A stretch of DNA of 64,000 nt, taken from positions 1,152,001 to 1,216,000 of the forward strand of contig JASGJH010000001.1 in NCBI GenBank assembly GCA_047601445.1, read 5' to 3'. The translations under genes and the position numbers were made by a program. The DNA is from Myxococcales bacterium. GTDB taxonomy: Bacteria; Myxococcota_A; Polyangia; Polyangiales; DASUME01. Shown in pieces: positions 51,129 through 61,130 of the stretch (positions within the stretch are counted from its first letter, which is position 1; each line of letters opens with the position of its first letter). The notes beneath the pieces are model-generated. The model saw nothing but the letters and a program-made list of their open reading frames with translations, had not been told where the DNA came from and searched no databases.

Positions 51129-52664
51129 TTACCGGCCTTGCTCGACGGCGGGCGGGGTCCAGGCTCCGCTGAGCACTTCGGGTTTCGGCCAGTATGTGCG
51201 AATGGTCATCTCGAAGTCGCTCATAGGCGCCGGCAGCCAGTTGGGTTCCTGGTCCTTTCCAGGCGAAGCGTGCTGGATGTAGAGCGTGAGTGAACCGTCG
51301 GAGTTGAGCTTCATGCTTTTCAGGTTCTTCGTCCCCACCGAATAACGGTTCATGGCATTGGGCACGAAGAAGTGGCGCGGGTCGTACATGCTCAGCGACC
51401 AAAAGCCGTCGACTGGCGGGATTCGGCCCTTGGCGAACGTAATCGTGTACTTCTTCTCGCCGTTCAATCGCTTCCCTTGACTGTCGACTTCCACGAAGAA
51501 GTAGCGGGTTTCTTCGGGCTTGTTGACATACATATTCGATTTGGCGGTGGCTGTACGCGTGAGGTAATCGAGACCAAAGCGTGCTCCGTTCGGCGGCGTA
51601 TTCCAGCCTCCAGGCAGCGCGATACCATTCGTGCGGAAGTCGAGCAGCGGTGCAACGACCTCTCGCTCCGTCTCCACAGCCGCCTTGGTTATCTTCGCTT
51701 TGACCTCCGGATTCTCCTGAGCGGCCTTCAACACCGCGCGAGCCATGGCGTAGCGACTCTTCTCGCCAGGCAGCGGCGGCACCTGTTCGAGCACCTGGGG
51801 CAGCTGGTCGAAGAACGTCTTCGGGTCCACCCACTTGGTCTCCGAGGAGGTCTTCTCTCCTGCGGAAAAGTGCGGTGTGTTCTTCCAGTCCTTGGTGACC
51901 TGCTTGCCCGTGTACTGGCTCAACGGGTAGACCACCACCTTGCTCAGCAGGCCTTGAATCGCTTCCCGATCTTCGGGGCTGTCGTCCATGAAGACACGTG
52001 GCCCCATCGCTACCAAATCGGTTGGCGCGCGTACGACCCCAGCAAAGCCATCAGGCCTTTCGCCGTCCCAGTTCGGGCCGACCACCAGGTAGTTTCCAGG
52101 CTTGGTGCCGTACTGTTGTCCAAGCGCTGAGAACTCGTCGCTCCGTGCGTCATAAAGCGAGTACACCCAGAAGCGGTCCCCGAAGTCTGGGATTTGAAGC
52201 ACGACCGGTTCTCTGTCCACAGCGCCGAACCCGAATCCGTAGACCACGTCTTGATTTGGATGCGCGACCCAGCGCTGCTCCGGGGACACGTAGTCGGTCA
52301 GCATCGACACGTAGCCGGTTGGTGCAACCGGCAGGATTCCGCCCTTGAGGCCAGGTTCCGGCGCCTTCGCAAAAGACTCACGTCGGTTGAACGCGTTGAC
52401 GAGGGCCCAACCCCAAACGTACAGGTCGCGCGCCGTCATCTCTGCGAACTCGGGCGTCATCACGGTGCCGTCGGGAACCCCTGGAATGGGCTGTGCTGCT
52501 GCAGAGGTCGCCACCGACGAGCTCTGGGGCTCCTTTGTCGTCGCGCTTTCGGGATCCGCACACTCGGGCGCAGCCGCTCCCATTGCGGGGCGTTGCTGCG
52601 AACTACAACTGCACAGCAGTAGAGCTAACGAGCGGCTGGCAAACTTCGATGCGCTCCGAGTCAT
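51129..52664 (-). CDS. DUF1254/DUF1214 domain lipoprotein
   Basis: [31 protein letters not shown]. Confidence 0.88.
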   Translation of the reverse strand: MTRSASKFASRSLALLLCSCSSQQRPAMGAAAPECADPESATTKEPQSSSVATSAAAQPIPGVPDGTVMTPEFAEMTARDLYVWGWALVNAFNRRESFAKAPEPGLKGGILPVAPTGYVSMLTDYVSPEQRWVAHPNQDVVYGFGFGAVDREPVVLQIPDFGDRFWVYSLYDARSDEFSALGQQYGTKPGNYLVVGPNWDGERPDGFAGVVRAPTDLVAMGPRVFMDDSPEDREAIQGLLSKVVVYPLSQYTGKQVTKDWKNTPHFSAGEKTSSETKWVDPKTFFDQLPQVLEQVPPLPGEKSRYAMARAVLKAAQENPEVKAKITKAAVETEREVVAPLLDFRTNGIALPGGWNTPPNGARFGLDYLTRTATAKSNMYVNKPEETRYFFVEVDSQGKRLNGEKKYTITFAKGRIPPVDGFWSLSMYDPRHFFVPNAMNRYSVGTKNLKSMKLNSDGSLTLYIQHASPGKDQEPNWLPAPMSDFEMTIRTYWPKPEVLSGAWTPPAVEQGR

Positions 52665-52733
52665 GCACACCAGGCTGCAATCGCGGTGCCAGCTTTTGTG
52701 CTGAACCGTGCACCTCCAAAAGAAACGTGCCGG

Positions 52734-54107
52734 CTAGTTGCGGGCCGCTGAGTTGGGCGCGGCACGCCGAATGACCGGCGGTCGCCAGGATCCATCGAGG
52801 ATGGGGGCCTTGCCCCAGTACGCCCGGATGTAGAGCGAAAAGGGGCCTTCGGGGGCCGGTAGCCAATTGGACTCCCTGTCGGGGCGCGCCGGTTGCGCGC
52901 CGACGTATAGAGTCAAGGAGCCGTCGTCCATTCGCTTCAAGTCCTCGTTCTTGGTACCGATTGAATAGCGACCCAGACTGTTTGGAAAGAAGAAGTGCTC
53001 TTCGTTGTAGAGTGTCAGCGACCAGAAGCCATGCACCGGCGGTTCTTGACCAGGCGCGAACACGACCTCGTAGGCGTTGCCGCCATGGAGCTTCGCTCCC
53101 GACGAATCGACATCGGTGTAGAAGTACTGCGTCTCACTGGGCCGGTTGTCGAACATGTTCGACTTGGCAGTGCCAGTGCGATCGAAGTAGTCGAGGCCCC
53201 ACTGCGCGTTGTTCACGGAACGGTTCCAGCCGTTGCCCGCTGGCCGGCCGTTGTGCCTCCATGCGAAGAAGGGCGCGATGACGTCCTGCTCTGCCGCGAC
53301 CGCCTCTGCCGCGATCGCGCGCTTTAGCTCTGGATCTCGGGCCGCGACCTGCAGGAGCCAGCGGAACTGCGCGTACTGCGCCTCCTCTCCGGCGAGCGGG
53401 GGAACCATCTCTAGCACCTGCGGCAAATCGTCGAAGAACTTGTCTGGAACCACCCATCCGGTTTCCCTCTTTCCCTGCGGCTCGGGGCTCGGAAGACTTG
53501 GCGCTTCGCTCCAATCAATGTACTTCATCTTCCCGTCGAACTCCCCGAGCGGGTAGGCGGCGATCTGGTCGATGACGGGCTGGATCGCGGCGCGGTCGCT
53601 GTCGCTACTCTTCATGAAAACGCGAGGGATGGCATTGGCCAGCGTCGTTGAGGATCGGATCACGCTCGCAATCCCGTTGGGCACATCGCCCTGCCAGCTT
53701 GGTCCCACCAACAAGTAGAAGCCCGGCTTGGTGCCGTAGGGCTGACCGAGTTCACCAAACTGATCAGTCCGCTGATCGTACAGCGCGTATACCCAGAACC
53801 GTTCGCCAAAGTCGGGCACCTGAATGACGACGGGCTCGCTATCGAGATCGAAGAAGCCCAGGCCATAGACCACGTCCTGGTTTGGGCACACTACGAAGCG
53901 CTCACTCGGCTCGATGTAATCGTGGAGCATGCACAGGTGCCCGCGCGGCGCGACAGGCAGGACCCCGCCCAGCAGGCCGGGGCGAGGCGCGCGCGTAATC
54001 TTGGCCCTGCGGTTGAGCATGTTGACCATCGGCCAACCCCAAATGTACGCAGCCCTCGCGACCGTCCTGGCGTACGCGGAATGTGCCACTGCGTCCTCGT
54101 TCGGCAT
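52734..54107 (-). CDS. DUF1254/DUF1214 domain protein (paralog)
   Basis: [31 protein letters not shown]. Confidence 0.88.
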   Translation of the reverse strand: MPNEDAVAHSAYARTVARAAYIWGWPMVNMLNRRAKITRAPRPGLLGGVLPVAPRGHLCMLHDYIEPSERFVVCPNQDVVYGLGFFDLDSEPVVIQVPDFGERFWVYALYDQRTDQFGELGQPYGTKPGFYLLVGPSWQGDVPNGIASVIRSSTTLANAIPRVFMKSSDSDRAAIQPVIDQIAAYPLGEFDGKMKYIDWSEAPSLPSPEPQGKRETGWVVPDKFFDDLPQVLEMVPPLAGEEAQYAQFRWLLQVAARDPELKRAIAAEAVAAEQDVIAPFFAWRHNGRPAGNGWNRSVNNAQWGLDYFDRTGTAKSNMFDNRPSETQYFYTDVDSSGAKLHGGNAYEVVFAPGQEPPVHGFWSLTLYNEEHFFFPNSLGRYSIGTKNEDLKRMDDGSLTLYVGAQPARPDRESNWLPAPEGPFSLYIRAYWGKAPILDGSWRPPVIRRAAPNSAARN

Positions 54108-54428
54108 TTCGCCCTCCCGGCAGCGACGACTTTGTCGAACACAGACGCACGACCCGAAGTCGCCAGCTTTGCACTGAGACGTACTCGCGCCGCGCGAGTC
54201 GCCAAGTGGTTCGAGCCAAGTCCGCGCCGGCAGGTGGACCGTGCACCGTCGAGGCCGGGGGATGACCGCGACGCAACTGCACTGCGTGAGCGACGAGGAA
54301 CCGCGAACTGTGGAAGCCCGGTGACACGGGGGAGGGAACGGCTGACACAACGTACTGCACGGCCGACGCATCGATAGACATCCTGACCATCTAGGTTCGT
54401 GCACGTGTGCCGACGACCAGGATGCGTC

Positions 54429-55202
54429 TTAGAGAGTCACGTCGGGAAACATGCTGTCCTCCGGGAAGTCCGAGCCTAGACATGCTTCGCGCGTCGGTTC
54501 GGTGGGCGGCATGTCTTCCACCTTGCGCAGCGTAAGCGTCGCGCTGCCGCCCAGGTCTTCCCCAAGCGCGGTTGGCTCTCGCACAGCGAACTTGATGTTT
54601 GGAAAGGCCTTCATCGCGGGATCGTACTTACCCTTGATGCGTCCCTTGTAGAAGTACTTCCGTTCGCCGACCAGGCTCGTTGCGTGATAGAAGCCGCGCG
54701 ATTCCCCCTCGAACTCGCCGGACAGACAGTCCACGACTCCTTCGATAAAGGACCGAGCTTTGCCGTCGTCGACGTTGGTCTCTGGGTTCACGACATGCAC
54801 ACAGCCGGTGCCGACCGTGCTGAACTCGCCCGGCTCCGGATCTTGCAACGTCAAGGTGTAGGCGCTCTTCATCTCCACCGGGAAGATCAGGAGGCCGCCA
54901 AAGGTTGCTGCCGCGGAGCGATACGTGCCTGTTGCGTTTCCCTGATAGGTCCCGGGCACACAAAGCAGCGGCACGGGCTCACAGCGGTCGTCGGCACACG
55001 CGTCGGTCGCTTCTTGGTCGCCATCTCCGTCGCCATCTCCGTCGCCGTCACCGACGCTACCGTCACCGTCACCGTCACCGTCGCCCTGCAAAGAGGCGTC
55101 TGGCCCCTCGACGCGGCCGACCGTGCCTTGGGTACATGCCATGCCGGCAGTGGTCGCGAGCAAGAGTTGCCAGGTTCGTGTCAACCGCGAGATTCGCTTC
55201 AT
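54429..55202 (-). CDS. Hypothetical lipoprotein with a GD-repeat linker
   Basis: GMAC lipobox; GDGDGDGDGSVGDGDGDGDGDGD. Confidence 0.7.
   Translation of the reverse strand: MKRISRLTRTWQLLLATTAGMACTQGTVGRVEGPDASLQGDGDGDGDGSVGDGDGDGDGDGDQEATDACADDRCEPVPLLCVPGTYQGNATGTYRSAAATFGGLLIFPVEMKSAYTLTLQDPEPGEFSTVGTGCVHVVNPETNVDDGKARSFIEGVVDCLSGEFEGESRGFYHATSLVGERKYFYKGRIKGKYDPAMKAFPNIKFAVREPTALGEDLGGSATLTLRKVEDMPPTEPTREACLGSDFPEDSMFPDVTL
55020..55086 (-). repeat. Hexanucleotide-type repeat encoding Gly-Asp
   Basis: Runs of ccgtca/ccgtcg on the + strand. Confidence 0.85.
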
Positions 55203-55231
55203 GTCATCCTCTCGCCGTGAATGTCTCGAGC

Positions 55232-56215
55232 ATGACCGGCCTTGGAGAAAACGCGCGCGCGAACGGACTCATGTTCATCCTCTTCCTCGCGTGCTTCGGC
55301 GGCGGCGATGCCGCACGCGCGACGGCGCAAGATCACGGTGGGGGCACTGGGACTGCTGAAACTCTCGCTTTGGAGGTCACACCAGGAGCAACCTGCTTGA
55401 TGCGCACGAGGCTCATGGAGCGGCTCACAGAATGGATGACCGGGCGGCCCATGGCCCCTGGCTTGCGCGCAGAAGTCATCGGATCCCCTGACGATCCGCA
55501 AGGGGTGCACTTCGTGCTCTGGCGTGATCTCGAGAGGCTGACCGAGCGCCGCTTTGCTCCTGGTCCAACCGATTGCGCACAGCTCCATGCCGTGGTTGCG
55601 CTGGCGATCGCCATAGCCCTGCGCACCACACTGCTCCACGATCTCGCCGTTATCCCGCCGCCGCTCCCACCGGCAGTACCTGCACCAGCCCACCCTCGAG
55701 TCGCGATAGGCGTGGACGCGCTCTTGGGTAGTGGGCTGGCTCCGGGCCTGGGCGCAGGGCTCTCGGCGCACGCCTCGTATGCGCCGCGACGGTGGTTCGG
55801 AGCGCGCTTCGGCGGGCTCGCCTCATTCGGACATCATGGACAAATTTCGGGTACTTCCGGCGGCTACAGCGCCGACCTGGTCGCCAGCCTGCTCGAACTC
55901 TGCTTCCAGGGGCGCGGCGCCGCCTGGCTTGAGGTTGCGACGTGCACTGGACCCGCGCTTGGTGCGCTGTTTACCGAAGGCGAAGGCTTCACCACGAACA
56001 GCTCGGCCTCCATGCTGTGGGCGCGCTGGCTGGCCAACGCCGAAGTTGTGCTGCGCATTGGCCCCCGCCTGGGGATTGCCCTCGGGGTCTTGATGGGGGT
56101 TCCGCTGATGGCTCCGCGCGCCGTGGTCCGCGACCAACGAGGCGGAATCGCGCACCATTCCCGGGTGGACGGCTTGGGTAGCGCAGTCACCGCCGGCCTG
56201 CGCGTGGACCTCTAA
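55232..56215 (+). CDS. Secreted/outer-membrane protein of ECF cassette 2
   Basis: Same layout as 28694-29806: Cys pair (ATC..TDC), ALAIAIAL, Pro linker, beta-rich C-terminus. Confidence 0.6.
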   Translation: MTGLGENARANGLMFILFLACFGGGDAARATAQDHGGGTGTAETLALEVTPGATCLMRTRLMERLTEWMTGRPMAPGLRAEVIGSPDDPQGVHFVLWRDLERLTERRFAPGPTDCAQLHAVVALAIAIALRTTLLHDLAVIPPPLPPAVPAPAHPRVAIGVDALLGSGLAPGLGAGLSAHASYAPRRWFGARFGGLASFGHHGQISGTSGGYSADLVASLLELCFQGRGAAWLEVATCTGPALGALFTEGEGFTTNSSASMLWARWLANAEVVLRIGPRLGIALGVLMGVPLMAPRAVVRDQRGGIAHHSRVDGLGSAVTAGLRVDL

Positions 56216-56272
56216 CCGGTCACCCCGCTTTTTCTCCAAGGCCGCGCCCGCCGGCGACATATATGTCGCACG

Positions 56273-56839
56273 ATGGCGGAGTTGCGGCCCGAAGGGCCAA
56301 TCGACACGGAGGCCCTCTTTCGAGGCTATGCCCCCTTCGTCGCACGCTTTTTGTATCGACTCGGGATACAGCGGAGCGCAGTGGAGGATCTCGTTCAAGA
56401 GGTCTTCCTTGTCGTCCATCGAGATGGCGGGTACCAGCCGGGACCAGCAAAGCCGAGCACCTACCTTGCGACCATTGCGGTCCGGATCGCCGCGAATCAT
56501 CGACGACGGCAACGCGCGCGCAACCTGTTGCTACAAAGTCTCTGGGCGCGAAAGCCCTCGGCCACCTCCTGCGCTTCCCCGCTCCTCGTGCTCGAAGCAA
56601 CGGAGGCGCAGCGCCTCCTGCAGCAAACCCTGGAGATGCTACCGCCTCCCCTTCGCACGATCCTGGTACTCGCAGACCTGGAGGAAATCGCCTGCCCTGA
56701 GATCGCCCAAGTGCTTTCGCTACCTGTAGGCACGGTGTATTGGCGCCTCCATCAAGCGCGCGAGCGCTTTGCTCGTGCGGCCGAGAAGAACCAGCGCACG
56801 GCACGGTACATGCGAATGCAGACGCGGGAGGGCCAATGA
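56273..56839 (+). CDS. ECF sigma-70 factor
   Basis: VEDLVQEVFLVVH, EIAQVLSLPVGTVYWRLHQAR. Confidence 0.92.
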   Translation: MAELRPEGPIDTEALFRGYAPFVARFLYRLGIQRSAVEDLVQEVFLVVHRDGGYQPGPAKPSTYLATIAVRIAANHRRRQRARNLLLQSLWARKPSATSCASPLLVLEATEAQRLLQQTLEMLPPPLRTILVLADLEEIACPEIAQVLSLPVGTVYWRLHQARERFARAAEKNQRTARYMRMQTREGQ

Positions 56840-57639
56840 GCACCGACCCAACACAGCATCGGCGTGACCTCGCGCACGACCTCATCGAGGCTGGCCGGGC
56901 GTCGAACGTCGTCCAGTACGATGTCGAAATCGGTCTCGCGCGACACCGCCGCCTCGTGGACCTCACCCTCGTTGCAGGTCCGCTCACCCTCGGCCAACGC
57001 ATGCTCCGCTGGAGCACCAGCAAACTTGGCCTTGGCTTTCTGAGCCTAAGCATGCTGGTCAGCGCATTCGTCGTGCTGCGATGGGCACCTGAGGAGCGAC
57101 CAGCGGAGAGGGCGCCTCCAAATCCGAGGCCCGTGCTCGCCCAGCCCATCGCCGTTTCTCTCGCGACAGCGGAGAGCCCTGTGCCTCCGCGAACCGCCCC
57201 TCCAGCCCCCGCGCAAGCTGCGAGGAGGCGGCCATCGCGCACAACGGTGCATGCCCATCGAGTCAAACCCGTGCCCAACGAGGGCGACCAGCCCGCGGCC
57301 AACGCCCCCGAACCGTCTCTCGCACAGCCATCACTCGCCTCCGCGTCTCCCGAGGACCCGACCGCGCGGGAAGTGCGAGAGCTCGCCGATGCGGAACGTG
57401 TGCTCGCCGCGGATCCGAGCCTCGCCCTACGTCTCGCGCGCACGAGCGACGCACACTTCGCCCCCGGCTTCCTGCGACAGGAGCGATGCTACGTGATTCT
57501 GCGGGCTCTTCTTGCGCTCGAGCGGCGGAGCGAAGCCGAGCACGAGGCGCGACGCTTTCGAGCGCTCGACCAGGATCCCGCCTTTGCGGCGCGCTTGCAG
57601 CGCATTCTGGACGATGCGAAGCGGAAGTTGACTCCATGA
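56836..57639 (+). CDS. Putative anti-sigma factor (TM, Pro-rich linker, TPR-like C-terminus)
   Basis: ATGA overlap; EVRELADAERVL..FAPGFLRQER parallels 30388-31179. Confidence 0.65.
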   Translation: MSTDPTQHRRDLAHDLIEAGRASNVVQYDVEIGLARHRRLVDLTLVAGPLTLGQRMLRWSTSKLGLGFLSLSMLVSAFVVLRWAPEERPAERAPPNPRPVLAQPIAVSLATAESPVPPRTAPPAPAQAARRRPSRTTVHAHRVKPVPNEGDQPAANAPEPSLAQPSLASASPEDPTAREVRELADAERVLAADPSLALRLARTSDAHFAPGFLRQERCYVILRALLALERRSEAEHEARRFRALDQDPAFAARLQRILDDAKRKLTP

Positions 57640-58127
57640 GCTGCGACAGACCTCAGGGCTAGCCACCGCGGCGGATGCGATTGCGGAGGCGCGTGTACGC
57701 GACCGCGAACACAGCACTTGGGCTGGTTAGGGTGCGTCAGCGCGCCCGCGCGGCGGCTGAGAGAGAAGAGGGCGGGGGCGGGGATCTTTCGCTAGGCGGA
57801 CCCCTTTCGAGGTCCCACGTGGGAGGGGCTCGACGCGAATCAACATGCTGCGCACTTTCAGCTCCCGGTAGCGCTCGAGAACCCGCGCACTCGAGCCGTC
57901 TCGAAAACGGTATCCAGGTCTGGACAGCAACTCGCGGAAGGCATGTCCTAAGCACGGGCGCGTTCATGGATGAATGTCGCTCGTTCGCCGAGCGCTTGTC
58001 GTCTTCAATGAGCATGCGACTCGCGAAGATTGAAAAAGGCCACGCAATCCCGGGCAGGCCACTCACACACCGCAATGACGCACGCTGGCTGCGCTGATGG
58101 GCTGGGTGCTGCGGCGATCTTCTCGCG

Positions 58128-58877
58128 TCATGGGCATGTAACACCCGCTTCGTTCGCTCGGCACGCTTCGAGACGACGCAAGAGAGCTCGATAGAAGGTG
58201 TCCAGGATTTCCGGTCTGGGCACTCGGAGCTCATTCCATTCGAAGGCAGTCCGGAGCACGTTGCGGATGCGGATGAGCTGTTCGCGGCGCGCGAAATGCA
58301 GCTCGCACAGCGAGACCGTGCGCGTCTTGGTGGCGACGCCGGGACCCGGCGCTGCCGTGTCGGGTGGATAGCCGTACTTGTCGGAACCTTCCCGAAGCGC
58401 CAGAGTCACGGACTTCCCATCGTCTGACAGCGTCATTTGGTCCACCAATGCGTTGTCCATGCGCCAGTACCCGCTGTTCTCGTGGGGCGTCAGCTCCAGG
58501 CGATAGCCACTGGCGAGCTCGTGGCGAAACGCGTCGCTTCGCGGAGCGCGCTTGGTGTTGAGGAGGAGGCCGTGGATCGTCCCGGCCTCGATGCGCTCGA
58601 TGTGTTGTGACGGGAAGTAGTGGGCCGACGAAAGGCGCAGATTGCGGTTCCAGAAGAGCAGGTGAGGGTATTTGTGATCATCGAGCGGAGGGGCCAGAGT
58701 GTAGGTGGTGATCAACTCACGACCCTGCGGGCAGATCTGTTCTGCCTGGGCCAGGGCCTGGGTGCTCAGGGCGGTGCCCTGAGGAAACGTCAGGTAGACA
58801 TCGTGGGATGGCCCGGACTCCGTGCAGCTCGTGACGAAGAGCGCGAGGGCGCCGATACCGATCGAGACCGGATTCAT
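58128..58877 (-). CDS. Hypothetical lipoprotein
   Basis: MNPVSIGIGALALFVTSC lipobox. Confidence 0.55.
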   Translation of the reverse strand: MNPVSIGIGALALFVTSCTESGPSHDVYLTFPQGTALSTQALAQAEQICPQGRELITTYTLAPPLDDHKYPHLLFWNRNLRLSSAHYFPSQHIERIEAGTIHGLLLNTKRAPRSDAFRHELASGYRLELTPHENSGYWRMDNALVDQMTLSDDGKSVTLALREGSDKYGYPPDTAAPGPGVATKTRTVSLCELHFARREQLIRIRNVLRTAFEWNELRVPRPEILDTFYRALLRRLEACRANEAGVTCP

Positions 58878-58985
58878 GTGCTGTTTCCCCTGTTCAGAGA
58901 CGAAGTTCGCGTGGTGCGGGATCCTAGGGGCGGGTTGCCTTTTTTGTTTCCGACCCGACTGGTGCGCGATAGGTTCGCGGTTCCC

Positions 58986-59459
58986 ATGGTGACCAGAGGC
59001 GGCCAAGTGCGAAGAGTGATAGGTCTGGCCGCGCTCGCAGCAGTTGTGACTGGCTGCATGCGCATGTGGCACTGGATTGAGGGCGTCGAGGAGCTGGGCG
59101 CTGGATACGTGTTCGACGGCACTGACCTGATTGTGCATATTCAGACGGATCACTACGAGGGGGCTGGCACGATCGCCGTGCCGCCGAAGGTGATCGCGTA
59201 CGCCTACGACGACAAATTTGCGCTCGTTTCGTCGAAGGATTCTTGCAGCGGGGCCGTCGTGTACTGGCTGATTTTGAAGACGGAGCCGTCGACGCAGCAA
59301 GCCATCGTCAAGGTCGGCTTTCCGAGTGGGCCTGCGTGGGCCAGCGCGTGCATCCCGCCGTCGCACTACAAGTTCTCGAACGTGCTCGGCCCGATGACGC
59401 AGGCGACATTTAGTGAGGCTCGGACGCAATACGCCGTTCCAGCGGAGCTTGGTTTGTGA
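58986..59459 (+). CDS. Hypothetical lipoprotein, DUF3997-like
   Basis: VTGC lipobox; ELGAGY..VPPKVIAYAYDDKFALV..YWLI. Confidence 0.5.
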   Translation: MVTRGGQVRRVIGLAALAAVVTGCMRMWHWIEGVEELGAGYVFDGTDLIVHIQTDHYEGAGTIAVPPKVIAYAYDDKFALVSSKDSCSGAVVYWLILKTEPSTQQAIVKVGFPSGPAWASACIPPSHYKFSNVLGPMTQATFSEARTQYAVPAELGL

Positions 59460-59725
59460 GGGGGTCTCCAAAATGGACAAAATGTCGGGGGAAGGGGCTC
59501 CCCGCTCTCCAAATGACATTGGCTCTACAAAGCTGGGATCGTGGATGGGGAGTTTCGACAACCAGCTCGGGTGCTCCGGGCGTTTGTTCAGACTATGAGC
59601 AAACGTGATTTCGTTTCCTGGATAGCGCCGGCGCCCTCGGCCGTTGGCACGAGCGAGGGCTTCCGCCTTGCCCACGGGCCTCGGGCCTGTGTCCCCGCTG
59701 CAAACTATTCTCAGGCCCACGAACT

Positions 59726-60706
59726 ATGCCAACCATGATGAAAGCCGCGCTCGTCACCCGTTATGGGAGCGCAGACGCCGTTCGCCTCGGCGAACGGCCC
59801 ACCCCGGTTCCCAAGGCTGACGAAGTCTTGATCCGTGTGCACGCCAGCACGGTAAGTGCCGCTGATTGGCGCATACGCAGCGCTTCCGTGCCCCGCGGCT
59901 TCGGCCTTTTGATTCGCTTCGTGTTCGGCTTCCGCGGACCGCGTCAGCCCGTGCTAGGCTCGGAGCTTTCGGGCGTCGTGGAATCCGTCGGCGCGCGCGT
60001 CAGCCGCTTCCGTCCGGGCGACCGGGTCTTTGCGTTCCCAGGCGTCAAAATGGGCGCCCACGCGGAGTACCTCGCGATGCCTGAAGACGGTAAGGTGCTG
60101 CCCATTCCGGCCGGTCTCAGCATGGCGGAGGCGGCCGCGATCTGCTTCGGTGGCACCACGGCGCTCTACTTCTTGCGCGACAAAGCCAAGGTTCAGGCGG
60201 GGGAGAAGGTGCTGATCGTCGGAGCGTCAGGCAGCGTGGGTAGCGCCGCAGTTGAGCTCGCCAAGCACTTCGGCGCCGCGGTCACGGGCGTGTGCAGCGC
60301 TGCCAACCTGGAGTTCGTGCGCGACCTGGGAGCGGACCACGTCATCGACTATCAGGTGCAGGACTTCACGCAGGACGGCCAGCGCTACGACGTGATCATG
60401 GACTGCACCGGCACCGCGTCCTTCGCACGCTGCCGCGATTCGCTGACGCCTGGAGGACGGCTGCTCTTGGTGGTGGCGACCATGGGCCAGACGCTGGCCG
60501 CTTTGACGCGGAGGCAAGTCATCACGGGTGGCGGGCCCGAATCAGTGGATGACATGGCGACTTTGGCCGAACTTTGTGCGCGGGGAGTCTTTCATCCGCG
60601 GATCGGCGCAACCTTGACCTTCGAGGAGATCGCTCGTGCCCACGCGTTGGTGGAAAGCCAACACAAGCGCGCCAACTTGGTGCTTACGATGCCTTTGTCG
60701 CACTGA
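59726..60706 (+). CDS. NAD(P)-dependent MDR-family oxidoreductase (quinone-reductase-like)
   Basis: GSELSGVV, GASGSVGSAAV, LGADHVIDY; no Zn-binding Cys cluster. Confidence 0.92.
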   Translation: MPTMMKAALVTRYGSADAVRLGERPTPVPKADEVLIRVHASTVSAADWRIRSASVPRGFGLLIRFVFGFRGPRQPVLGSELSGVVESVGARVSRFRPGDRVFAFPGVKMGAHAEYLAMPEDGKVLPIPAGLSMAEAAAICFGGTTALYFLRDKAKVQAGEKVLIVGASGSVGSAAVELAKHFGAAVTGVCSAANLEFVRDLGADHVIDYQVQDFTQDGQRYDVIMDCTGTASFARCRDSLTPGGRLLLVVATMGQTLAALTRRQVITGGGPESVDDMATLAELCARGVFHPRIGATLTFEEIARAHALVESQHKRANLVLTMPLSH

Positions 60707-60713
60707 TCGCCGA

Positions 60714-60749
60714 GAGCGCTTCGCAACCTGCGAAGCGCTCTACCTTTAT
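60714..60749 (+). terminator. Probable intrinsic terminator
   Basis: Perfect 12-bp stem GAGCGCTTCGCA-ACC-TGCGAAGCGCTC just after the stop codon, followed by TACCTTTAT. Confidence 0.6.
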
Positions 60750-61066
60750 GCCCGAAGAGGAAAACGCACCAGGCATTTCAGCAGGTGTTGTGTCGGTTGA
60801 CTTCAGCAGGCTGGATTTCTCCAAGAAGCGAGTTCTCCCCGGGTACGCCGCAGTTCGCAATGTCGCCTTCGCCCCGGGGCGAAACACGGCGTGTCTGGGC
60901 ACGGGTAGGCGTGGGAGACGAGTGTTACCTGGCTGCCGTCCACGCGATCAGAGCTCAATACTGTTGAGCTCGTTGCCCCGGCATATGCGCATGTGCGCCA
61001 AGCCGCTCAGTGGTTTGAGTTGGCACGCGACGACGCACGTGCCCTCGTGCCTCCCGGGAGAGCCGG

Positions 61067-61120
61067 GCGACCCGACATTTCTAAAAACCGCGATCCCGAC
61101 ATCTCTATAAAACGCCAACA
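61067..61120 (-). mobile_element. Orphan terminal inverted repeat of an IS1202/ISNCY-like insertion sequence
   Basis: Minus strand TGTTGGCGTTTTATAGAGATGTCGGG..TAGAAATGTCGGG: TGT terminus plus two TAGA(A/G)ATGTCGGG repeats 24 bp apart; no transposase seen. Confidence 0.6.
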
Positions 61121-61130
61121 CAACCACTTC

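Noticed and set aside
57640..58127. About 490-bp intergenic region as an ncRNA or small gene
   Set aside because: No recognisable RNA motif, tRNA fold or convincing ORF.
59455..59490. TGTGAGGGGGTC..AAATGTCGGG as the partner IS end or a Tn3-type IR
   Set aside because: Only a short AAATGTCGGG match, wrong spacing, no CAACC target duplication, and no Tn3 IR consensus beyond GGGGTC.
58878..59720. N-terminal half of the 530-aa ORF 58128-59720
   Set aside because: Antisense to the DUF3997-like gene; a lipoprotein signal starts at 58877.
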